A stretch of DNA of 63,452 bases, the filler included, from Rhabdomonas costata (lineage: Eukaryota), in assembly GCA_019059605.1 (NCBI GenBank). It is 42 parts of 42 records of this genome, joined end to end, with 100 filler letters (N's around TTAATTAATTAA, not from the genome) between each part and the next. Parts side by side here need not be neighbours in the genome. Positions count along the whole stretch, not along the records: positions 1 to 1,414 come from JAHMHO010016614.1; positions 1,515 to 2,928 come from JAHMHO010016615.1; positions 3,029 to 4,442 come from JAHMHO010016616.1; positions 4,543 to 5,956 come from JAHMHO010016617.1; positions 6,057 to 7,470 come from JAHMHO010016618.1; positions 7,571 to 8,984 come from JAHMHO010016619.1; positions 9,085 to 10,498 come from JAHMHO010016620.1; positions 10,599 to 12,012 come from JAHMHO010016621.1; 34 more parts are not named here. One strand, written 5' to 3'. Below are positions 1 through 13,400 of the stretch, in pieces. The notes under the pieces are model-generated. The model was not told the DNA's origin. It saw only the letters and a list, made by a program, of their open reading frames with translations, and ran no database searches. The position numbers and the translations under genes were made by a program. Each line of letters starts with the position of its first letter. Position 1 is the stretch's first letter.

Positions 1-539
1 GGTGGGTGCGCACCCAGTGCCACGGGAATTGCCAGTAGGGCCTGATCAGGGAGGCCGTACCCTCCCAGAAGCTCCACCAAACCCGCGAAGGCCGCGGAGA
101 ACCGGAAGATAGAGCATAGCCCTGCAGCATATAGCGGAGCATGGAAAAGATGCTGAGGGAAGAACTACCGGGTGTCCCAGGTAACCCTTTTATATTTACA
201 GTTGTTTACTCTTGTTCATTGGTTCGAGCATGACGATGTGCAGTGGACGGCTGAGACAAAGAAAGGGCGGTTTCAAAATGGAAACGCCGAAACCTCGTAG
301 ACCAATGTGTTTCTGAACGAAGCCTTCTCTTCACACGAAACAAGGACGCACCGGTGGAAGAACGATGAAACGTGGACTGCACGTCGGACCAGAAGTTCCA
401 GACATGATCCTGACAAGACTTTGAAATTTGTGGTTAGTAGGAAGGCCGGGTGGTAATTTTCCAGGTCTCTGCTTACGTTCAGGAGGCATGCCGTAAACGG
501 CCGAAGACGATACCCTAACCCCATCAACGGCCCGAAGCC

Positions 540-1195
540 GTGCGCTACGTCGAAAAATGGCACCCAGACTTCAACTTCGAGTCTGTAGTGCTGAAGAAAG
601 GTCTAAAATCCCAACCTGAAAGCTCAAGTCGTCATTCTTGTCCGATGTATGAATCCTGGTTTATGCCGGGCCGATTACCACACCGTTGCGCTTCGCAGCT
701 GACCCCTGTCAAACATAGCATAGCGATGACGATCTACGCAAAGGATATTAAGGAAGGCAGAGAGAGACGCGTACCCTGGACGGACAGCACCCTGGCATGG
801 ACCGTGAACTGGAGGTCGCGCATCACTTGGAAAGCCAGGTAGTGCATGGCGCTGGTCACGGGAAGCGCCGGCACGGGGTGTCCCGCCGAGATCAGAGTCC
901 ACGCCACGAACTGAGTGGCGTGCAAGAGCTCTGCGCTGGAGAGTCGGTTGGGATCCGTGAACAGGTCGACATCCTACCAGAAACGGAGAGGCCGACTGCC
1001 CTTCACCTTGCAACTGTCCAAAGAAAGGAAACTGAAAAGGGCTTTAACCTTGCACCTTGCACCGAAGGGTTACATCACCCCCGCACGGCCCTGTACGGCG
1101 ACTAGGTGTGTGCGACAGTTCTGGTTTCAGAACCCAACAACTTCTCTGGGAGGCAAGGATGCAAAACGCTGCCTTTCCCGATTTTCCAAAATGTA
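540..1195 (+). mobile_element. Possible decayed tyrosine-recombinase (DIRS/VIPER/TATE-like) relic
   Basis: One frame with an internal stop reads ...AKDIK...VNWRSRITWK...TLHLAPKGYIT...SLGGKD..CLSRF, resembling degenerate YR motifs (HSxRxGxxT, LGxW...Y). Weak motif match only. Confidence 0.3.
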
Positions 1196-1414
1196 ATGCG
1201 TGTCGAGGTCCACCTTCGTCCCGCTTTTCGAAAGCTTTCAAACGATTGCATTAAAGACAGCACTCCAAGGGAAATTCCTTTCAGTACCTGCAGCTACAGG
1301 TATAAAGAGGCACATTGCTAGAAGCAACGCCTCCAACCCGTCGAAGCAGGACACGTATCTCGTATTGGACAAGGGCCGAAATGTACCGAATGCACCAAGC
1401 AGTATGATCCTTTG

Positions 1415-1514
1415 NNNNNNNNNNNNNNNNNNNNNNNNNNNNNNNNNNNNNNNNNNNNTTAATTAATTAANNNNNNNNNNNNNNNNNNNNNNNNNNNNNN
1501 NNNNNNNNNNNNNN
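1415..1514. other. Artificial contig-joining linker N44-TTAATTAATTAA-N44 (first of 41; recurs about every 1514 bp up to 61984)
   Basis: Identical 100-bp spacer with stops in all six frames; TTAATTAATTAA begins at 1459, 2973, 4487, 6001 ... 60471, 61984, separating 42 contigs of ~1.39-1.42 kb. Confidence 0.99.
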
Positions 1515-2006
1515 TGTTGTGGGTGACACCTCCGCATCTTTACCAAAGGTTCGTTGTGCTTACCGCGATTTCCCTTTCCCTTTCTCGGCGCTGTGTTATG
1601 TGACAAAACGCGAGGGCTTTTCTTCTTTTATTTTTTTTTGAAAGAATACACCATTCCTCGCGGATGTGATCAGTGTTGTGGGTTTTAGTACAAACATTTT
1701 GTTGCTTTTCGCAAAGCCCCATACGCGTTCGGGGCAGCACATCAGGGGGCAGCGTCTTTCAAAAGGGTTTTCTGCCTAGCTGCCTAGCCTGTCCTTTCCT
1801 CAGAAGCCTCGGCTGCCCGAACCTTTGGCAAGCCGTGGTGTTTATTGACCACTGAAGAAGGTTGCCACACTCCTCCTCTTCCACGGCCGAGAGACAATTT
1901 TGGCAGCTGGTACGGTGTATGGCGACCGTAGTTGAGGGCTTTTTGTGACGCCTGCCCACCCCCTCACGTCAAAGAGTCCTTCCATGCCGCCTGCCTGTTG
2001 TCACAG

Positions 2007-2247
2007 GGTGGCGGCTGGTGCATCAGCCGTGCCGGGAAGTTCTACGGCAACTGGAAGCGCGTGGACGGCAACATCGCCGCGGGAATGGCGCTAGTGTTCA
2101 GCTCCGGGGATTTGGTGGTGTTCGAGCTGGACACGGAGCTGGCCCGGTTGACGGTCAGTGTGGGGGAGAGGTTCGTGGTCGGCGAGCTCTCTAACCTGGC
2201 CACCGAGGTCTACCCCGCGATCAGCCTGCACTACAAGCAGCAGCACG
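2007..2247 (+). CDS. Internal exon, SPRY/B30.2-like domain protein
   Basis: cag|GGWCISRAGKFYGNW...FSSGDLVVFELDTELARLTVSV...VYPAISL...|gtgtgc; GC3-rich codons; FxxGDxV..LD..YPAxS pattern. Confidence 0.65.
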
Positions 2248-4542
2248 GTGTGCCATATCTCTAAATGGAAATAAACAGCAGAACGTTAGCAATGCAACCC
2301 GACACACGAAAGCCCTCTCTGCAACCCGGGTCACATGTTTTTGAAAAGTCTCGCCACGTTTTGTGAGGTGAAAGGGACAACCTCTCGTGGGTTGCGTAGG
2401 AGTGTATGGCGAGATCTAGTCTCCTACTCATCCCCCTGTTGGACCTGAAAAGGCTAGGGCAGCTCAAAACCGAATCATTCCGGCCCGGTCCGGTTACTTA
2501 GCAGGCCCGGCCGATAGCTCGGTCCCTGTAAGCAGGCCTAAAAAGTGCCAAACAGTGCCTTCCCAGGCCTCAGAAGGGAAGAACGCTTCAAAAGGCCCCA
2601 AAGCCTTAAAGCCGCCCCTAAACAAGCCTCTGCGGTGGCTTTAAGTAGAAGCAGTCCGGCCAACTCCGGGGCCAACATTCAGTGTTTCTGGACGTTACCA
2701 TTAGGTACGCTAAGCAGGCCCGGCCGAAGGCTTGGGCTCAGTGTGCAGGCTTGAAAAGGACCGAAAAAGGGGCCCATGCGCTGACCTATATTGGCTTTTT
2801 AGGTCATATAGGGGGTTCCTTATAAGTTCGAAAACCTGATTTGAAGACCTGATTTGGAGGCATAGTTTTTCGGTTCTGACTTTTTGAGACGACACGGAAA
2901 ATAGTTTGCCATTACCCCACACCCCAACNNNNNNNNNNNNNNNNNNNNNNNNNNNNNNNNNNNNNNNNNNNNTTAATTAATTAANNNNNNNNNNNNNNNN
3001 NNNNNNNNNNNNNNNNNNNNNNNNNNNNGGGTTTTGGGACAGCGGTGGGGCGGCGGTGTGCGCGGGTTGCCCAGGTCATGGGGAAGGTCCATGGGAGATG
3101 CCGTGGGTAGCGCTAAGGACAGAGCAGATGGGATAGGGCGAGCCGTAATGGACTCCATTTCTCCGTGCGTGTATGTGTGGGAAGTGGGTGGGCAGGGGGT
3201 CGTGACAAAGGAAGAAACCTGAGTATCGGAGAGAAGGAGAGACCACTTGGACGAATGATCGTAGCAGGGACGTACTGATCATTTTGGGAGGCTTCACTCC
3301 GCAGTTCGATGCGTCTATCTCGCACACTGTTGAAGCGTTCAACTCCCTCTCACAGTCTGGGCACTCCACTCACAGCAAAGCCCATCATTCCGTTGTCTCA
3401 GATGCTATGTCGACATGCAAAGAGCTCAGAAGGTTTTCGAGAAATGATTTGGAAAAGTTCTTCTGCGAAGAGAGATTGGTAAGAAAAAGCATTTAGCAAC
3501 CAATTAAATACGAAAATCCGTGTCCTTGTTGCAAGGCAGAAGAATGCAGCTAATGCTTTGAAACACTGAATGAAATCCGCGGTATTCTGTGTCATCCCCC
3601 CATCCGTAGCTGGGAGACCCCCCCCCCCGCGAATTCGATAGAATTTCAAAAGAAAGTTTGGAAAGCCGAAGCCGCGGAACAGTTGCGAGCATCCTACAGC
3701 AAGGGATGTTGCCCGGGTGGTTAACGACGGCTGAGCAAAGTGACCTGTAAGATAAGCCCTACCAACAGCACCAAGTTTATTTACTTCTATGTTCACGTGA
3801 TTCACGTGAGTATATGGCACAGATTGGACCTTCAGATCTCAATCGTTTTTCACCCCGCTCTTCCGCATTTGCACCAGGGAGTGTTCAAACTAAATGATGG
3901 GGTGCTTGTCTATCATGCGGTCATACCAGCTCTGACGAGGACATGTGGGCCTGCCGTTATTCGTTGATCTTATTTGTAGTGTGTGTGCATCCGTGAGACC
4001 GGGGAAGCAGGTTGCCTTGGAAAAAGAAGCACAAGCGAGCCTTGGGAATGGACTTGGGACTGGGTCTTCATTAGTGCCGACGACGTCAGTCGGACAAAAA
4101 CCAAAACGGGGAAGGTCCCTACCGATTGACCAGAAAGACAGTCAAGGATGCCCGCCCAATTAGACGCTGTTGAGGATATGGCGCCTACACTACCCCACAC
4201 CCGCCTTCTTAGGGAACCCGAGCAGCGAAATCTGCAGCGGACACAGGGGACACGGGGAATGGGACAATTCAAACAAATGCGTCCTTCAAAGAACGCACGG
4301 CAAAAGTACGCACGGCGCACGCACTGGCACGAATGTGAAGGCCAGTCGAGAAAACAAGCAGCCCAGAGTAGTGGAAAACCGGTAACAGAACAGTTGTTGG
4401 AAGATAGGAGGCTAAAAATACATGACACAATTAAAAACCACANNNNNNNNNNNNNNNNNNNNNNNNNNNNNNNNNNNNNNNNNNNNTTAATTAATTAANN
4501 NNNNNNNNNNNNNNNNNNNNNNNNNNNNNNNNNNNNNNNNNN

Positions 4543-4644
4543 TGTTTGCGAAGAAATAGAGCGAAAGAATGTACCCCAGTCGACGAAGACTTCCGTCAGA
4601 AGGTCGTTTTTCTTCATCTCTTTCGCTCTATTTCTTCGCAAACA
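4543..4644. repeat. 26-bp inverted repeat at contig start (likely amplification fold-back)
   Basis: 4543-4568 is the exact reverse complement of 4619-4644. Confidence 0.85.
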
Positions 4645-5836
4645 GCTCCACCCACCTGCTCGTAATGCGGGACTCCCGGCTCATCGATGCCCATCAGAAG
4701 CAGGAGATCGTGCATGACCTCGCTGGGAGAGAACAGGCAAATGTAATCACAAAAGCACAATTTTTCAGGGCAAAAACAGGAAAAGTGTGCGAAAAAACAG
4801 CAAGAACGAATGCACTAAAAAAGAAAAAGAAGCCGACCTGAACCCAAATTTGCTAACCAGGAATGGAATGGTGCCATTTAACGACACCGACCCCGCTTGC
4901 ATCGCATGCAAAAGGAAATCCGAAATCATTTTGTCAGCAGGTGAATGGGGCGAACCCCAAGCATAGAGGAAAACGAAAAGGGACGAAAAGGGGTTGGAGA
5001 GTGCGCAGCGGTCAGCAGCCCAAGGCATCCTGGAAAATTCTCCTTGTAAGACCTCCCACACGTGACCCGATCCCCTGCGAGACCAAATACCTTCTCCCAG
5101 GGGACACGTGCACCGCTAACCTAACCCGGACGAAAAAGGAATGAAACCCCAGATTCGGCTTTGCATCATCTGAGATCGAATCCCACAAGGGTTATGGGAT
5201 CCCATAAAAGCCCATTACAAGGACTGGCACCCGTTGCTCCTCCCACCCCTGGCGGAGTGCGTGGGGCGCCCACTATCTCGGCCTCTCCAGACTACCCCCG
5301 GGTTTCACCCGGGCCTCTTGTGTGCGGCAGACGGGAATTCAGCAATAATGGACTAAGGATGACAATTTTTTTGGGTTGTCCGCTCTCTCTATGTTTGGAC
5401 ATTGTTGTTCGCAGCTGAGAGCTGGGGAGAACTGTACTGTTAGATATGTAATAGGGTGGTGTGAATTCCATTCGAAAAAATTGAAAAAGGCCTTTCAGTA
5501 GCGAAGGGATTGAAGGGCCACAAATCCAAAACCACGCTACGAATAATCGAAGATCACGGAACCACGGCATGCCCGCACAGACGGAGTGCCAACAAAGGGC
5601 TATGCTACCACCTAGCCCCTCCCCTGGTAGAGCATGCAAACAAACAAAAAGGGGCTGATCCACATGGTGTGCAAGTGGCTCGCCCGCGGGTCCGAAGCTC
5701 AATCCCTTTCGCGAATAAAAACACCGAGCAGTGGGTGAAAAGCGTGACGGCACGCAGCGGCAGAGGATATGACCAGTCCTGCTGGGGACCGGGATCCCTC
5801 ATCCAAGCACACGAACAGAAACACGCAGAAGCATGC

Positions 5837-5917
5837 CCCAAGGTGGATTCTCCCAGAAACAGCACCGTGCGCTCCTGGAGGCACGCCCGGGCGTCCCCTG
5901 CGGTGAGGAATCTCATC
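5837..5917 (-). CDS. Short exon, SGNH/PC-esterase-like protein
   Basis: cag|...FLTAGDARACLQERTVLFLGESTLG|gcatgc resembles the 'ARxCLxxxxvlFxGDS' motif; GC donor. Confidence 0.5.
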
Positions 5918-8322
5918 CTGGGCAGCAGAGCACGGGAAAACCACCACCAACCACCCNNNNNNNNNNNNNNNNNNNNNNNNNNNNNNNNNNNNNNNNNNNN
6001 TTAATTAATTAANNNNNNNNNNNNNNNNNNNNNNNNNNNNNNNNNNNNNNNNNNNNGGTTTGTTGGTGTTGCTACCTCTGTCTCTGATTCTTACCCATGT
6101 TGATCTATTGCTATGCGTAGTTCCTGTCTCTACTCGTGTGTGGTTCCTGTTGATGTTGATACCTTGGATGTTGTGTGTGCTTGGTGCCTTGTGACCTTTG
6201 CTTCTGTTCTTTGCCTCTGCGTCATTTTTGCTCCTGTTGACTACTGTTTGTGTGTTCCTGGCGATGTTGGTGCTTTGTGTGTGACTCTTGCTGGCTATGA
6301 CTCTGTGCGTGTTTCTGACTCTCTGTGTGGTAGTGCGTGGAATGGAACGGTGGGTTGATGGTGGTTGGGTGGCGTCCTGGTGGTGGTGGTTGAGGCGTGA
6401 ATTGAGGCATCTTGGGTTGAGGCATAGTGTGCGTGTCGGTGTAGTGGTGAAACCCAGCATGACTGTAGCGATATCTCAGCATTAATGTAGCAGAAGAAGA
6501 GGAAGCATCACAAAAGCGTAAACCTCCACCCTGATGTCTTATGCGCGGCTTCGCCCGGTGGGAAAGAACGGAGGCACCTTATGGTGGCGTATTGAGTGGT
6601 GGGACACGTATAATTGATGAGTTCCTTCCTTATTTTGCGTTCATTCTGTAAGTTCTGTTCGGGTTCTGAATTCTGTTTTCTTAGTTGAGGGGTTAGGAGT
6701 AGGGGTTCTAACTCTCTACTACGGATGGCTCACTCGCTACGCTCAGACCCATCCTTCGTTTAAGAGGGATGAATGTTGACGGGGGCCCCTTCCACCGTGA
6801 GATGTGATAGGGATGTTTACCCTGATGGTGTGGTGATATGTTTACCCCGATGGGGTGATATTTCCCCGATGGGGTGGGCGGGGACTTAAGAGTGTTTTTG
6901 GTCGTCACTCACTGCGTTCGTTCCTTCCTAAATGCGTGGTTCGGGTCGCTCCCCACCCTAAAGTGGTACTGCTACAGTCTGCCCTGTATGAAATCTCTGC
7001 GTCCTCAAAGCCGATGATGTTAGCGTAAAGGCTCCGCCAAGACAGGGCCGATTCGGTCGTCACTTGCTTTACCACTCTGACGATGGTCTCATTTGCTTTT
7101 CAACTTAGAATGGATGATGTTGAAAGAATTGAGTAAGGCCGCGCCGGACTGAGCAGAAGTGTAAAGATGGTGATGGTTTGACCGACAAGGTCACAATCTT
7201 CCTCTCACTCGCAATGCGCGTTTCGATGCTTTCATGCGTGCGGCGCTAAGGGTGTGAAGGGGAATGTAGGGATGATGCGGACGGGTGATGCCCAAAAGCA
7301 TTAAGATCAGGGGGACCACGGGACACAACAATTCGAGCATTGGCGCCCCTTGGATGAAGAAGAGCTCGAGTGGGTGTAAGAGGGCACCCCTCCATCAGAC
7401 CTTATGGTCTGATCAAGGGGCCCGACGCAAGTGGGGCGGGCGGGGCCACCAGTGACACCCACCGGCTTCCNNNNNNNNNNNNNNNNNNNNNNNNNNNNNN
7501 NNNNNNNNNNNNNNTTAATTAATTAANNNNNNNNNNNNNNNNNNNNNNNNNNNNNNNNNNNNNNNNNNNNCGCGTGCCGTCTTTGGATTTTGCATTGCGA
7601 ACCACTGTCATCCCCTTCTGTGCCGCCGCCCTCTGTGTGATGGTTTTTCCGCTTGGCTTCCGCTGAATCGCCAAATCGGTGAGTGAGCGAGGAAGATGGA
7701 GTTGGTTGGGTTGAACTGTCAACCGCAACCATAGGATGGTGGTGACGGAACGGACTGAAATTCGACCACAGTGCGGACTAGTCCGACTGCTGCATTGGAT
7801 GCTGACTTGTCACATTTATTTCTCGGAATACCAATGGACGATGAACAATTGCTGTTGCACCGTGACTCAAAGTGTTAATGCATGTATAAGAAATACCATG
7901 GCGTCTTTTCTGTCGGTCTTCAGGTACGGAGTGCCAGCCCATTCTTTTCTGGGTGGTTCGCCCGACCACCCCCCCGCTTCCTTCTCTTCTCCCTTGTGGC
8001 ACTCGCCTGCTTCCCCACGCCTTCTCCCTCCTCCGCTTTGTGTCTTGATTTGGTTGTGTGTGTGTGTGTGATCTGCGCTTCCGTTCTTGTTTTTTCGTTC
8101 TTCGTTTTGTTCTCCCACTTGTTCCAACTTCGAATGCAAGGGAATCTTCCCCGAGCAATCCCAAGAGGTGGGCAAGGCTCCTTTGACGCTGAGCCGAGGA
8201 ATCCCCGGGTCCCCGTGAACCTTTTTTGTCAGGACGGCATCCCGTTTCTACTCTGTGCCCTTCTCACGGGATTGGCCGAGGGCGGGCTCTTGTTTGGAAT
8301 GCTCCTTCTGGTCCGTTCCTAG

Positions 8323-8670
8323 TGCTCTTCACCTTCAACTGCTTCAGGAGCGTCTTCGGCGGGCACCCCCTCTCTCACCCCAATGGCAGCGCTATTCTTA
8401 GCGCTTCCTGCTGTCCTCCACAGCGGACAAGCCATGGCTGCGCTGCGGTGGCTGCACAGCTGTGGGCCTCAGCCTGGTCCCTCGGGCGCAGCAAGCAGGA
8501 GGGGTTTCCTGTGCTGCGGCGAGGGGTGGGCGTCGTGGATGGCCCCTCGGGGGGTGGAGAGGCTTCAGCGGCAATGGGAGGAGTGGGCGGAGAACAGGGC
8601 TGGCGAGGGACTGGGGCGCCTCAGCCACGAGCTGAACACCTCCTTGCATGCCGTGCTAGGAGCTGCACAG
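8323..8670 (+). CDS. Exon of a membrane histidine-kinase-like protein (HisKA H-box); may extend upstream to ~8141 through a TAG
   Basis: ...GLGRLSHELNTSLHAVLGAAQ|gtgtgt resembles SHELRTPLNAILG; hydrophobic segments lie upstream in the same frame. Confidence 0.5.
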
Positions 8671-9543
8671 GTGTGTGGGCGTGTATGGGTTCCGTGACTG
8701 CCCACCCGCAAGGTATCCTAGGAGCACACCATGTCATGAGGAACGTGTACTTTTTCCTTCTCCCTCCTTATTCCTTTTATTAAAAAAGCACTAAAGAAAG
8801 CTGGTCGCTTTTGTGTTGTTTTCGCGCTGCGGTGTTGTGGTTTACTAAGTTATTCTGAGGTTTTCTTCGTAGGTCTTTGGGAACAAGGGGATCAGAGTCA
8901 GCATTAATTGGTTAACGACGTTGAACGTTGAGTGTCATCACTCATCACTTGTTCATCACCCCCCCCCGCACGCAACTACCCCACNNNNNNNNNNNNNNNN
9001 NNNNNNNNNNNNNNNNNNNNNNNNNNNNTTAATTAATTAANNNNNNNNNNNNNNNNNNNNNNNNNNNNNNNNNNNNNNNNNNNNTTTTTTTGGGAACTGG
9101 TATACTTATTATGGATTACACTGTGCTCAGTGGTGGCCACGCAGGTCCAGTTCCGTTTAGGCATGCTGTCAAATAAGCGGCAAAACAGGTCAGAAAGGCG
9201 GTGACCAGATTAGGCTTTCCCTTGCAGGTGTAGTGGCCACCGCCCATATTCCGCCCCAACCAGCAATTCACAGACAAAGAGAGAGTTGCGCATTTTTTTA
9301 TAATCAAAGTCCTAACAACACTGCGGACGTTGGATGAGGGTCAGCCTCTCATCCGTTGCGCAAGATATAGCGGTTCACTGCGCGGGATGCACGCAGTTTG
9401 CGGCGCGCATTCAGGACAGAAACCGCCTTCCCTTTTCCATCGTCCTTGTCTTTTTCCTCATATCATGCTTGCCTAACTTCCCGGATATACTTTTGCTGTC
9501 GAAAACTTTGGATGAAAAAGAAAAAGAACAGAAAATGAAAAAC

Positions 9544-10405
9544 TGGTGTATGGGGGCGATTTTCAAGGACCTCCGTCATGTCCCGGACACAAGTCTCCAC
9601 GAAGGTCTGGATCAGCACGGGGGGTGGCCCCACCCCCAATTCGAACACGCGTTGGCCCCAAAACCTCTGGTCCATTAAAAGGACCCCAGTAACCATCACT
9701 GGAACCCCAATCCGCAGCGCCTCACTAGTCGTGCCCAGCCCCCCGTGCACCACCAGGGCGTCCATCAGCGGAAAAAGCTCGTTGAAGGGGGCCCCCTTGC
9801 GCAAAAACCGCAAAAAGTCGCAAAAACCAGATTCTAGATCCCAAAGGTGCAGCAACAGCCTAATCAGGGGTAACATGCGAGGTCCGATTGTGTAAGCCGC
9901 TACTTCATCGTACATCAGCAGTTCCCTCAACTGTACATCATACAGAAATAACGACCGAGGATGCTGCTCTTGTTACGGGCAACTGTGTCAGCTGAGGGTT
10001 TCAGCATTGCCCATTAAAAGCTGCACCCATTCCATGTTGTCGGTTATTCGCTTTTCCCCTTCCTCTTTTCATGCATTGATTAGGATTATTTTGGGCCAGG
10101 GGCTATATTCCCAAAGAAGAAGAGCAGTGGTGAGGTTCCAGGGCATTTTTAGCTTTTTAGTAGCTCGGCCAAAACGGTTAAGGAGAGGCCACAGGTATTT
10201 GTGCAGAGTTAGGTCACTAAACACCCGAAGAGAAGAGGGGGGGGTCATAGTTCAGAAAAGAAAGATGCACCACCTTGCCCTCGAACAGCCGGTGCTGGGC
10301 CTTCAGCTCAGCCACCCTGTGCTCCAATTCAGGGCTGCAGCTGTCCGAGGATTGGTCCCGCGGGCCTACAAGCGCAATCACCCGAGGCTGCCGCATGCAT
10401 AGCTC
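9544..10405 (-). CDS. UDP-glycosyltransferase (GT1, sterol-glucosyltransferase-like) C-terminal domain; exons 10405-10274 and 9795-~9544
   Basis: Spliced GT-AG: ...HRLFEGK|GAPFNELFPLMDALVVHGGLGTTSEALRIGVPVMV...DQRFWG; HGGxGT and DQxFW signature. Confidence 0.85.
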
Positions 10406-13400
10406 CTAAAAAAAAGCAGGAAAATTCAACAGAAACCTGCCGGGAACAAGGACACTCTATTTTCTCATCTGTTCACCCCCCTCCCTTCCCCCACACACNN
10501 NNNNNNNNNNNNNNNNNNNNNNNNNNNNNNNNNNNNNNNNNNTTAATTAATTAANNNNNNNNNNNNNNNNNNNNNNNNNNNNNNNNNNNNNNNNNNNNAC
10601 CGTGATGCTGTGATTCTGATTCGTGGGGATTCAAATCCAAATCTCACCCCCCTCCCCGCCAACACTTTTGCCCGTTTTCCCTTCTCCACCGCACAGTTCC
10701 TTTTCCCCAGTGTTTGTTTGTGTCTCTTTGATAGCCAGAAGGCAGGATTTGCCGGCCGCACGGTGGGGAGGGGTTCGCCATGGGAGCTTTTGTCTGTTTT
10801 GGGGGGTGACCACAGCTGGAGCTTCAGCGGCGACTGGACGCGCTGTGCCAGCCCAAGGAGCACCCCGTCAGCTCCGACCTCACCAAAGGCGTACTGTGGG
10901 CGGAACTGGACAAGGCCTTCTCGGCGGTGCTGCCCACCATGTCTCCTCAGCCTCAACTCCGAAAGTCACCGCTATCGGTTTGGTTTTCAGCTCCTATTTC
11001 TTCTTCACTGCTTGGACGTTACCACATTTCCAGGAAAAAAACCGCACAAGAACGGCTTTGCGCACAGGTCCCGGACACTTTTTGAGGGAATGAAAAGAGG
11101 ATCAAGACAGCTGCCCCACATCCAGTATCGCTGAATGCACAGGAAACACGCTCTTCCCCAAGGGAAACCAAATCTCCTTGGTTCACAACATCCGTTAAGG
11201 TGCGGCCGACTTGGTTTCAGTCAATTCTCCATATGGTGCGAGTATGTGAGGCACCCACCAAAGAGAAACCACCATTATCTGGAAAGTATATGGGCGAAGA
11301 GTCTCTGAGGCAGCCCAAAGGTAGAGGAGATTCAGCGGAAGAGGTAGCATTGCAACTATATATTGATGCGCTAGCATGGCACTACCGCTGATTCCCGTTC
11401 TGCCCGTTAACTCATCTGAATGAAAAACAAGCTCAAAGGAGCATTTCAACGAGATAAGACCCCCCCCCCGCAACAAATGGAGGGCGGAGCCAGACCTGAG
11501 CGGCAATGGAGCGGCGCTGGTAGCCAGAGGAAAAAAGTAGCTTCCTCTTGGACAGAAGGGAGGTTGCTGTATGTGGAACGCTCGGCGGTGAGCCGGTATT
11601 CCATGGCACGTCTCGCAAGCGCCCGTGGAAAAACAGCGTGTGCAACCGTCAGTCCACAGCCAGTCATTCAACATCCATTCAGACAACATCAACGCGCTGC
11701 GCACCCAACACACAAACACGCAACTCATGAGATTGGTGTTTGGGGTGTGGCTAAGAAGTCACAGAGGCGGGAAACCCGAGGCACGTGAAAAGACGCGAAC
11801 CACACACGCATGCGCTGCTATAGTCTTCCTAAGAACAAAACAAGGAGAACAACAAAAGACGGAATCGGCAGGTGCACAACCACGTGAAGACAAAGCTCGG
11901 CTTCGTTTCTGTCCGTCCTTGACTAGTGCGAAAATATAAGGCGCACTATTCGGCGAAAGCGTCGGCCTCAGGGGGCGTCTTCAGCCACACCCACCCACCC
12001 ACACACCCAACCNNNNNNNNNNNNNNNNNNNNNNNNNNNNNNNNNNNNNNNNNNNNTTAATTAATTAANNNNNNNNNNNNNNNNNNNNNNNNNNNNNNNN
12101 NNNNNNNNNNNNGTTTGGAAACATTTGCAGCGCTCCTCCCCCCTCCCCTCCAAATTTGAAAAAGATCTCCTTTGCAGCAGGGAAAAAACTGCGATTATTC
12201 AAAAACTTTCTCCCTCTCCTTCGTCCTTTGTTCTGGCACCACGACCTTCCTTGCTCGCTTGTGAAGTCTCGAAGGAGGACCCCTTCAGAAGACTCAACTG
12301 TATTAAAAAAGAAATGGGACAGAGATGCGGAATTATGGACCCTTTGCTCTCTGCCATCGGGGTCTCGGTGTTCGGGTTGACATTTGGGCTCAGAGTCCGA
12401 TTTGCGCGAGCCCGCTGGGAGGGCACTCGCTACGTCGGCACCCTGACGTGACCCCAACCCCGGAGCACAGAGCTCCTCTCAGCCCAGTCGGAGGCTGAGG
12501 CGCGCCCACTATCCCCGTTTCTTTTCGGGGATTCCACCAGAGCTGCTCCCAGGACAGCGCCCTATCTGGTGGTTTTCATGGGCGACTTTGGCGGCCCGAT
12601 GCGGAAGAAGGCGTGTACTGCGCGGGCGAACCTTTGCAGAGTACCAAACCACCGCCCTCGGAGGCGTGTACTCTGCAACGGTGCAGAGACTACCCCCAAG
12701 GAAGGCGCGCCCTGCCCCGCTCGCAGAACCTGGGCGTGTACTGTGCGGGCTCGAGACCGTGAGAGACCCAAGGCGGTTCACAACCGCTCGACCCACCCAG
12801 ACTACCCAGCATATCCACCCCTGGGGGCGTGTACTCCGCCAACCTACCCAGCGGAGACTTCCCGCAGGTCAGGGCAGGCGTTAGGAGATTGGCCGGCTAG
12901 GGTGGGCCGTTCCCACCTCCGCCACATGGAGGCTCCCCCATCCGACTTAAGGATTAAGCATTAAGCTGACGAGCCCGCAACCAGGAGCTGTCACCATGGT
13001 ATTCATCTCTGCCATCAGAACTCGAACGCGGATGGAGGGTAGGGCGATGCTGGTGTGCTGTTCTCGGGGCGGCACAGATGCGGAGGCTGCCCCGGTGGTC
13101 CTCCGGAAGGTGTATTCGTACGAGGAGCTTAAGGCGCTGAACAGTCGCCTGCTGATGTATGTGATCGTCCGCCCGCGTGGGGGTTGGATGTATGTCTTAT
13201 TGTGGTGGGCTGGTGGTCCTCCCATACCCGTGAAGTGCATTCTTCAACTTTTGAAGTGGATGTGTGCTCCCTTGATCAAGATTGTTCTGATAAGGTGAGG
13301 GGCGTGGGAGATGGGGGAGTCATCATCATTAGGACGGCTACCAGGGGAAACATTTTTCTGCTGGAGAATTCTTAACAAGAAAGTCCTCGAAGGCTGTCCC

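Noticed and set aside
6057..6460. Thr/His/Asn-rich or Val/Cys-rich ORFs
   Set aside because: Product of strongly G/T-skewed low-complexity DNA; no domain or splice support
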